Assembly: GCA_963575745.1 (NCBI GenBank)
Contig: CAUYUJ010000226.1
Location: forward strand, 434,001 to 498,000
From: Prorocentrum cordatum
Lineage: Eukaryota
DNA length: 64,000 nt
Direction of reading: 5' to 3'
In this document: positions 27,701 to 34,306 of the stretch, piece by piece
How the letters are laid out: each line of letters starts with the position of its first letter
Numbering within the stretch: the first letter of the stretch is position 1
The notes under the pieces: generated by a model
What the model was told of the DNA's origin: nothing
Databases searched by the model: none
Seen by the model: the letters and a program-made list of their open reading frames with translations, nothing else
Translations under genes and position numbers: made by a program

Positions 27701-30700
27701 CGCGGAGTACTGCGCGGAGGCCGCGAAGCGGGGGATCAAGCCGAAAGTGCCGCAGTTGCGGGCGCGGTGGTGGACCAAGTGGCGGCGCTCTTACGGACTG
27801 AGCATGAGGAAGCCGAATCGCAAATACAAGATCCCCAAGTGGTTGCTCCAATCGCGCTTCGAGACAATGATCCTGAACGTAGCGCGGGTCCGCGCAGCCG
27901 CGGAGGAGCTTTCGGGGTGCGACCCGCACATCCTGAACTGGGACCAGTCGCCTTTTCACCACAACGAGTCCTCCTCAGCCTCGAAGCCGACCTTGGCTGC
28001 GAAGGGGGGCATTGTTCCGCTCGTGGAGGCGCGCGACGACAGCAAGAGTCGGTGGGCCGCCAGCCTGACGGTGTCCAGCGACGTGGAGGACATCCGCAGT
28101 TGCGGACCTCCGCCCGCGGAGCTGATGTTCAAGGGGGGGGCTGTCGTCGCCGAGGACTTGGCCGCTCGTGCCCGCAGTAGCGGCTTCCCGCAATGGGTGA
28201 GCACGGCGACGTCTGAGAAGGGGTCCTACCGCACAGACGACGTCATATCGTTCCTGCGGCGGCACTTGCGGGCATGGCCCGACGACCCGCAGTTGCGGGG
28301 GAAGTGGAGAACCCTCATGGCCGATGACCACGGCCCGCACAAAGCGGACGCTGTGCGGAGACTCAGCTGGCAGCGCGGCTACGCGTTGATCATTCATGGC
28401 GGAGGGACGACCGCAGTTGCGCAGCCTGTGGACACGGACTTGAACCAGCACGTGAAACGCTTGTACATTGCCCTCGAAACCAAAGCGCTGGTGCAGCAGA
28501 TGGCGTTAGGGAAACACGTGCCGCAGTTGCGGCGTGCCGAGTGCGCGGACTTGATGGTTTCTGTGCTCAGCAATCTGCAGTTGCACGTGAACGCTGCGCA
28601 GGGTTTTCGGAAAGTCGGCATGCGGGCGCCTTTTGACAAGTCTGGCGGTCTGGAGATTTGCCGAGAGGCGGCGCGGCTCTTGGAAGCAGGGGGCCTCCGA
28701 GCGAAAGTGGATGCCGCAGTCGCGGAGGTCAGGGAGGAATGCCGGAAGGGGCGCCTCAAGTGGTCATACAATGACGCGCACCGGCTCATGCACCAGTACG
28801 AGACGCATAAAGCCTCAGATGCCGTGTTGAACGTGCTCGGAGAGGAAGTGCTTGGCCTGGGGCCAGGCCACGAGGAGAGCGACGAGGAGGCGAGGAGGCC
28901 GAGGGAGAGGAGGAGGGCGACGAGGAGGGCGACGAGGCCGACTGGGAGGAGGCTATGGCGGAGCATGGCTGGGGCGATGATGGGTCTCGGGAAAAGCAGG
29001 CACCTATGGGCTGCGTGGTGGTGGGCGCCCATGCGGCCGAGCAGGTGGAAGTGGCGACGTCTCTGGCAGACACGCTTCGCGAGGTGGAAGGTATGCTGCG
29101 CAACGTGGGCATGGAGAAAGTGGCACAACAATGCCGCGCAGAACAACACGAGCAGAAGAAGCGGCTGCGAGAGCTGGCACGGGAGGACGACGACCTCCTA
29201 CGAGCGTTGATTGCCCAGCGAGACCACGACGCCGCAGTTGCGGCGAAACAGAGGCGCCTGGCAACAGAAGCGAACGACAGGACGAAGGCCCTCCACGACA
29301 TCAAGAAACAGATTCGGGAGGCCGAAGTTGTTCTGAGGGAGAAGAAGGAGGCCGCAGTTGCGGTGGAGGCGGCCCTGGCTAACAAGCACGCCCTGGCCCA
29401 GTGGAACCCAGAGGAGTTTAAGGTCAAGAAAAACAGGATGGCTGCTTTGGACCGCTTGGCTCGCGGAAAGGGCGTCCTCTCGGATGAACAGAGGGGGGGG
29501 GGGGGGGAGGGGGCGGTTGGTTCAAAACGAACTGGGGCGAACATGTACAAGGAGCATAAAGAGCAATGGCCGTTGACGTTTGCTGGGTGGCTGCAGCGAG
29601 TCGCCAGCGACGCGGCGTCTGGGAATCGCCCGGCGCTGTTGCAGTTCGTGCACTCGGAGACTGCGAGGACCCTGGGCGGGCAAATGGCTCTGGTGATTCC
29701 CGCCGTAGCCCCTACAAGCCGCAGTTGCGGACCTGGGGGAAAACCATCAGGAGTCAAAATGAATGCGAAAACCGCAGTTGCGGACTCTCGACAGGTCGCG
29801 TCGCTGCGCGCCCTGCGGACGGGTGGCCCCAAGTGCGTTTCAATGTGTGTGGTGATGCGACAAAATTGTTTCCTCGCCCTCCCTCTGCCACTCCCCCGCT
29901 CCCCTTGTCTCCTCGTGCCATCCGACTCCAACGTGTCCTTCTCTCCTCCCATCTCCTGCCATCTAATCCCATCATCCTTCTGGGCGCGTCGGTAGCCACC
30001 GAGGCTCGACGCGGCGCCCGCGCAGCCGCCCGCGGCGACCATGTGGGCGCCTGCGCGTCCGGGATTGGCGTTGCAGGCGGTGCCGCGCGGAGCTCGCTTC
30101 GCTAACGCTGTGCACATCCACGCGGAGGAAAGCGAAGCCGCAGTTGCGGCAGCTGACGAGGAAACCGCAGTTGCGGAAGATGGCGACGACCAAAGGACGC
30201 AAGATGGCGACAGTACCGTCGCGTCCTCGGCTGCCTCCGCTGACGAGGCGGAGCCACAAGGAGATTCGGAGGCCGCAGTTGCGGCAACCAAGGAGCCCCA
30301 CGTGCCGAAAGTGCCGTCGAAGAGGCGGACCTGGAGGCGGGTGCATGTCATCGAGACGAGTCGTGGGTCTGAGAAGGAGAGATCGGTTTACGAGGCTTGG
30401 CAGAAGAAAACGCAAGGCGAAGCGGGGCGCATCGGCTTCTACGCGGCCAACTTCGGACAGAGCGCAGGGAAGCCCGCGCGACGCAGAGACGAGTTCGCGC
30501 AGATCCACGCCAATCCTGCTCAAATTATCGCCCTTTGCGAGTGCGACGACGACTGCTGCAGGGCAATCTCTGGGGGGGGCGACGCGCGCGAGAGCACAAC
30601 CGCAGTTGCGGGCGAGAAGTTCATGAATCGCCCCCGATACAACTACTTGTGCGTCAAGGGCGGGGAGCCTTCGGGGGCCCTCCTCATCGGCCTCAGAGAC

Positions 30701-33700
30701 CGCAGCGGCGGCCAAATTGATCGCGTGGACTTTGCGAGGCTTTTCCACAAGAAGGAGAAGTCGAAGCCGAAGAAGAAGAAATCCGCAGTAGCGGAGGTGG
30801 CTGCGCCAAAATGGCACAACACGTACTCGAGGGCGATGGTTGCGCGTGCCACCCTGGGCGAAGCGTTGCCCCATTTGGGGAAATCCTTCCGCGTCATGGC
30901 GGCGCACGTCCACCGCAATTTGGCCAACCAAGACTGGGGCCCGCAGAAACTCCAGGAATTCTACGAGTGGTTCGCCGAGTACGTCGCGAAGTGGAACGTC
31001 GAAGTCTGCATGGGGGACCTCAACATGTGCATGGTCCAGCTCGTGTCCTGGTGCCGCAGTCGCGGAGTCACGGTGGACGTCGCTGCGTAGACCCCCTGGA
31101 AGACAGCAGGCGGCCAGCCCAGGGCAGACGGTATGGCAACTCTGTTCATCAGTTGCCCTGGGAGATGCGAGCTTCGGCATGGCCTGGGCGCTCTGCACGA
31201 CGGCCCTGGCGGGTTCTTAACAAACTCCCCTGGCGCCTCTTTCCACACCTTCGATTACACGAATGGCCCTGGGAAGATGCTGCAGACTTACTTGCCGAAG
31301 GCTGGGGCCGTCGCAGACAAGCTTCGCGACTTCGCGATGCCATCTAACGCCTCCGAGGCCGCAGTTGCGGATTTCGAACAAACAATGGCGCGCCGTGCAC
31401 GGGGCGAGTGGGTGCCCAACCCCTTCCGAGTCAGGCAGGGCAAGCTGGGCGACGCGATCTGGAACGGCTCCGTCGGCAAGGCGCGAAACGGAGCGCACTT
31501 CCTCATGGTGGCTTTCACCCGCAACACGGGCCGCAGATCACCAGAGAAGCTTGCTGAGAGGAATGACAAGGAAAAGAAGCGGAAGCAAGAGAAAGGCGCT
31601 TGCAAGGGCGGCCAGAAGGGCAGCAACAACGGAGGCGACTCAGACACCGCAATTGCGGGAAAGGGCGGTGAGCCGCCGCTGGCATCTCACCGCCCGGTTT
31701 GGGGGTTTGAGCCTCTAGGTCGTGTTCCGACCCCCTCTTATGCCGCAGTTGCGGTTGGGCCCTCTGGCGCCAGCGGAAGCGGCACGTGGAGGGCGGAGGA
31801 TCCCGCGAGGGAGTGGAGGGCGGGATGGCGCGCTGATGAGTGGTCGAGCTGGGCAGGATGGCGCGCTGATGAGCAGAAGTGGTGGGATGATAATCGCGCC
31901 GCAGTTGCGGACAGTGCCACGGAGGGTTCGCCTCCTAATCGCATGTGGGCGGGCATGCCCGACCAGGCGCAGAACGCGGGCCACGCGGGGCCGTGGAACG
32001 ACCGCGCTCCCTGGACCTACGAAACGACACGTTGGTAATGGCCGCAATTGCGGGCAAGTGCAGCAGAAGGTTTGCGGCCGCAGTTGCGGGCAAGTGCAGC
32101 AGAAGGTTTGTGGCCACAGTTGCGGACAGCGCTTCGTCGAGACAAGTTGGCAACTCATCATCGACGTCATCGCCATCTTCCTCATCGATCGACATCACCA
32201 TCATCATCCTGCAGCTGCTGCCCCTCATGTCGCCTTGCGAGGTAAGCGTTCAAAGCAGTCCCGGGGGACTGCTTTGAAGACTGCCTTGTAGCGTTCAAAG
32301 CAGTCCCAGGGGACTGCTTTGAAACGACCTCTCGTCCTCATTTTAAAGGCTTCTGGATTATCGGGGGTGGGCAGAACCCCCAACAGTGACACGTCGCTTA
32401 GTGAATTGTCCGTTTTCGGTTCTCGAGAGGGCGCCGTGGCCGTCATTTTCCAGGCTTGCAACCGCCAGGTTTGGGCCTCAGGTCGTTTGCACTAAACCAC
32501 GTTTTACTAAAGGGGCGTCTGTCCATCCCCGATTATACCTGCTGGGTACATGATGCAGCAGCAGACAGGTAGGAGAGACAAAGTCACAAGAGCACGAAAT
32601 CAAGGAAGAAGAGCCCCGCGAACGAGGGGGGAGCGAGGAGGGAGCCGAGAGGGCAGAAAGCAGGAGGGCGGCGGGGGCGGAGGAGCGGGGCCCGCTGCCC
32701 GAGCCGGAGGGAGGGGGCGGGAGCAGCGGGGCGCCGGGGCTGCACAAACGCGAGGCGCGGAGCTCCGAGGGGGGGGGAGGCCACCCCACTAAGAGGAGGA
32801 GGAGGAGGAGGAGGAGGAGGAGGAGGAGGAGGAGGAGGAGGAGGAGGAGGAGGAGGAGGAGGAGGAGGATGAGGAGGATGAGGAGGACCCCCTCCCCCTC
32901 CTAGTTGTCGTGGCGGCGGTGGAAGAAAACGGGCCCACCACGAGGCGGGCCGCCACGAGGCGGAGGGAAGGGAACTCCGCAGTACGTCGCTGCCCTCCCT
33001 CCGCCGTCCCCCTCTCGGGGCCTCCTGGCCCTCGGCGCCACCGCTGGAGCCGCCTCGCAAAAGTCTGGTCGGAGCGCCCCCCGGAGCTGGCTGTCGTTGC
33101 CTGCAGCTGTGTCTGGTTTACCAGATCTCAACCTGCCTCAGGCGCCTTCCTGCCTCGAGAACCGGTGTGCTCTCGCTGCGTTTTGGGATTCCCTTGCAGG
33201 GCCTGAACCCCATCTGCCTTGTCCGCCTTCCTGCTTCGTGTCTTTGCCTACAGTGAGCGGCTTGAGTAAGGAACACTTACTTTTCAAAAGGGGCTCGGTC
33301 GTTCCTTAGGCTTGCATGCGCTAGTTGCAGTTCCTCATGCGTTATTTTTTCTTATTTATCGTTCCTTATGCGTTATTCCTTGGGATACAAAAAAAACGAG
33401 GTTTCGTTCCTTAGTTATCGTTCCTTTGGTCAGGCCGATGACTGTACTTCTTCCGACCGGCGCGTGGCGGCGACGGTGCTTCCGAGTCTTCCCCCAGGAA
33501 GTGCGGCGGCGGCCCCGGCGGGGGCGCGACCGGAGGGCTCATTATCGGCGGCTGCAGCGGGTGCGGCCACGCCGTGGGCGTGGCTTGCGATCCCCGTCGG
33601 GTGGTCACCGCTCGGGGCGATCGAAGTGGGTACGGAAAGACTTCCCAGGCGGGGAAATATACATGACCACCGCCTGGAGGATCGATTTCTCGGAGGCCTC

Positions 33701-34306
33701 GACAGGCGGTGGATATGGACACATTCGGGCCCCCGGGGGCCAACATAGATCCATATCCACCGCCCGCTGGGGCACCAGGACGTCGGCACTCAGGCGGTGG
33801 ATGTGGACAAGCCCCCGCCTCGCAAGAATGGGTACAAAAACCGATCACAGCTCCTGTTCGTCTTGAACAGGACTCGCTGTCGGCGTCGCCGCGGACCTGT
33901 GTCCATTTGAGACAGGCCGCCTCCCCAACAGCGGCCGCTGCTGGTTCGGGGCAACGTTCGTTGTTGGGCATTGTGCCCATTGTTTCCGTACTTATTTCGG
34001 GCGTCCAACAAGATTTGTTCAGCCCCCATCGGGGCGCGGCAGGCATCTTGGTCGATGTCATCGCACGCGACCTTTAGGGTGAGGGTCGCAAACCACACTG
34101 CTTGCAAGCCACACCCTGCGGAGTCGCCGATCATCATGCTTGCGAGGGACGGCCGCTTCGGGAAGGCTTTCACGAGCGAGCGCATGGTGTGGGCCTCCAG
34201 GGAGGGCGACGCCGAGGCATCGCCGCGGTGGTCTGGTCACTCGGGGGGGCCGCGGGAGAATAACGATGATGAGCCTCTCACATTTGGACCCAGGGGAGAA
34301 ATATAG
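11481..34306 (+). CDS. ASRGL1: isoaspartyl peptidase / L-asparaginase (ASRGL1/IaaA-like, Ntn hydrolase), 8 exons, whole-gene span
   Basis: Family motifs appear in order: [117 protein letters not shown]. Exons ~11481-11547, 12272-12549, 12896-12949, 13547-13823, 14628-14667, 14837-14947, 33498-33544, 34137-34306. Confidence 0.9.
11552..12271. mobile_element. TIR-bounded insertion forming intron 1
   Basis: tcggggaagaa ... ttcttcccccga, flanked by tgcc/tccc. Confidence 0.55.
11689..11810. mobile_element. MITE family D
   Basis: tcgctcggacgt ... acgtccgagcga. Copies at ~44148-44265 and ~51045-51162. Confidence 0.7.
12272..12549 (+). CDS. ASRGL1: asparaginase exon 2
   Basis: [21 protein letters not shown]...[10 protein letters not shown]...HPVSLARK, ending AAG|GC (GC donor). 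Confidence 0.9.
12896..12949 (+). CDS. ASRGL1: asparaginase exon 3
   Basis: aaag|GTG acceptor; [18 protein letters not shown]. Confidence 0.88.
12950..13540. mobile_element. TIR-bounded insertion forming intron 3
   Basis: gccttc direct repeat at 12944-12949 and 13541-13546. Imperfect ~37 bp inverted ends (cgggcggcgagaagcgtgcatgg / ccatggacacctctcgtcgccct). Confidence 0.7.
13547..13823 (+). CDS. ASRGL1: asparaginase exon 4 (autocleavage site and catalytic Thr)
   Basis: GDQHGVP...[24 protein letters not shown]...[12 protein letters not shown]. Thr codon at 13706-13708. Ends AG|GC. Confidence 0.92.
14215..14380. mobile_element. TA-flanked MITE in intron 4
   Basis: caccgtaggcgatgctt ... aagcatttcgcagggtg. 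Inverted copy at ~49400-49548. Confidence 0.7.
14628..14667 (+). CDS. ASRGL1: asparaginase exon 5
   Basis: gag|GC TAC...; (G)[12 protein letters not shown](G); GC donor at 14668. Confidence 0.88.
14668..14836 (+). mobile_element. introner-like intron 5
   Basis: Nearly the whole 169 bp GC-AG intron is a repeat also found at ~13840-14010. GGCAC direct repeat at both junctions. Confidence 0.65.
14837..14947 (+). CDS. ASRGL1: asparaginase exon 6
   Basis: ttag|[37 protein letters not shown](R); AG|GA donor at 14948. Confidence 0.88.
15080..15192 (+). repeat. left terminal inverted repeat, with two TTCAAAGCAGTCCC-NN-GGGACTGCTTTGAA palindromes
   Basis: tcatccagaagcccttataatgaggacgatcgaggtcgtttcaaagcagtccc... 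matches the reverse complement of 32247-32360, with a few mismatches and indels. Confidence 0.92.
15493..15704. repeat. (TA)n/(TATG)n microsatellite
   Basis: Direct reading. Confidence 0.95.
15772..15960. repeat. three ~80 bp subterminal tandem units (agcggtcacggggggg core)
   Basis: Core at ~15772, 15852 and 15933. Confidence 0.75.
16105..17399 (+). pseudogene. cargo gene A, hypothetical protein
   Basis: Low-complexity N-terminus, then a globular-looking frame [30 protein letters not shown]...[11 protein letters not shown]...SYDHNRH...[17 protein letters not shown]. In-frame TGA at 16758; start uncertain. Confidence 0.65.
17937..20140 (+). pseudogene. cargo gene B, probable degenerate EEP-fold protein
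   Basis: ORFs 18632-19855 and 19922-20140 share a frame across TGA 19853. The 5' part is interrupted by a foldback [13 protein letters not shown] and [10 protein letters not shown] parallel gene F. Confidence 0.55.
18330..18621. mobile_element. 292 bp foldback (near-perfect hairpin) MITE
   Basis: ctgggatgaccgtggggg...ttataagtgggttac / gtaacccacttataa...cccccacggccatcccag, flanked by CA on both sides. Confidence 0.88.
20907..23444 (+). pseudogene. cargo gene C: tentative ParB/Srx-like N-terminal domain, helical middle, SET-like C-terminal motif
   Basis: Frames 20907-21464 and 21474-~22250 join across TAG 21462, with frameshifts near 22250 and 23010. Motifs [19 protein letters not shown] and [19 protein letters not shown]. 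Domain names are pattern-based inference. Confidence 0.55.
23851..23888. promoter_or_regulatory. internal copy of the TIR palindrome (18 bp arms, AG spacer)
   Basis: aacgttcaaagcagtccc-ag-gggactgctttgaacgtt, intergenic between cargo genes C and D. Confidence 0.85.
24095..25079 (+). pseudogene. cargo gene D, hypothetical protein
   Basis: [21 protein letters not shown]... TAG 24323 ...DDPMMAL, then a frameshift to ...[13 protein letters not shown]...WNFKGAWV...[14 protein letters not shown]. Confidence 0.6.
25509..27586 (+). pseudogene. cargo gene E, N-terminal part: Pro/Ala linker plus OTU-like cysteine peptidase domain
   Basis: [17 protein letters not shown] (Cys codon 26831). Runs by frameshift into the transposase frame. 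Confidence 0.6.
27351..29730 (+). pseudogene. pogo-type DDE_1 transposase (DD35D) with C-terminal coiled coil; frameshifted
   Basis: CENP-B-HTH-like [17 protein letters not shown], then ILNWDQSP (D 27942), [21 protein letters not shown] (D 28323) and [19 protein letters not shown] (D 28431). There are 35 residues between the last two Asp. The tail continues in frame 28955-. Confidence 0.85.
30041..32038 (+). pseudogene. cargo gene F, endonuclease/exonuclease/phosphatase (EEP) fold protein
   Basis: FYAANFG, IIALCE, MAAHVH, VCMGDLN and GAH occur in canonical EEP order. Disrupted by TAG at 31088 and a frameshift into 31133-32038. Trp/Gly-rich tail. Confidence 0.7.
32247..32360 (-). repeat. right terminal inverted repeat
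   Basis: ...gggactgctttgaaacgacctctcgtcctcattttaaaggcttctggatta. Palindromes at 32249-32278 and 32294-32323. Confidence 0.92.
32361..32532. mobile_element. MITE family B inserted at the right terminus of the giant element
   Basis: Homologous to 1238-1409; tta direct repeat on both sides. Confidence 0.8.
33498..33544 (+). CDS. ASRGL1: asparaginase exon 7
   Basis: cccccag|G; (R)[15 protein letters not shown]. The phase fits exon 6. Confidence 0.75.
33545..34130. mobile_element. TIR-bounded insertion forming intron 7
   Basis: Flanks tcatta/tcatca. Imperfect ~50 bp inverted ends tcggcggctgc...ggcttgcgatccc / gggtcgcaaacc...gagtcgccga. Confidence 0.7.
34137..34306 (+). CDS. ASRGL1: asparaginase exon 8
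   Basis: [24 protein letters not shown]..., TAG at 34304-34306. The extreme C-terminus is uncertain. Confidence 0.82.

Larger units (their letters stand above)
15080..32360 (+). mobile_element. giant (~17.3 kb) pogo-superfamily DNA transposon with cargo genes, inside intron 6 of the asparaginase gene
   Basis: ~113 bp TIRs and an internal DD35D transposase. Right flank is TA once MITE B is removed; left flank is CA. The CCGCAGTNGCGG motif is confined to this interval. Confidence 0.88.

Noticed and set aside
16758..31090. Stop-codon reassignment in the cargo genes
   Set aside because: The in-frame stops are a mix of TGA and TAG and co-occur with frameshifts. Ordinary decay or sequencing error is the simpler explanation.
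26792..31198. Long minus-strand ORFs within the element
   Set aside because: They are antisense shadows of GC-rich plus-strand genes and carry no motifs.
15414..32125. 12-mer as CRISPR repeat or protein repeat
   Set aside because: It is too short, irregularly spaced, embedded in ORFs and read in all three frames.
15080..32360. Endogenous virus, Polinton or prophage
   Set aside because: No recognisable DNA polymerase, capsid, packaging ATPase or retroviral-type integrase. Genes A and D are unknown, so a structural role is not fully excluded.
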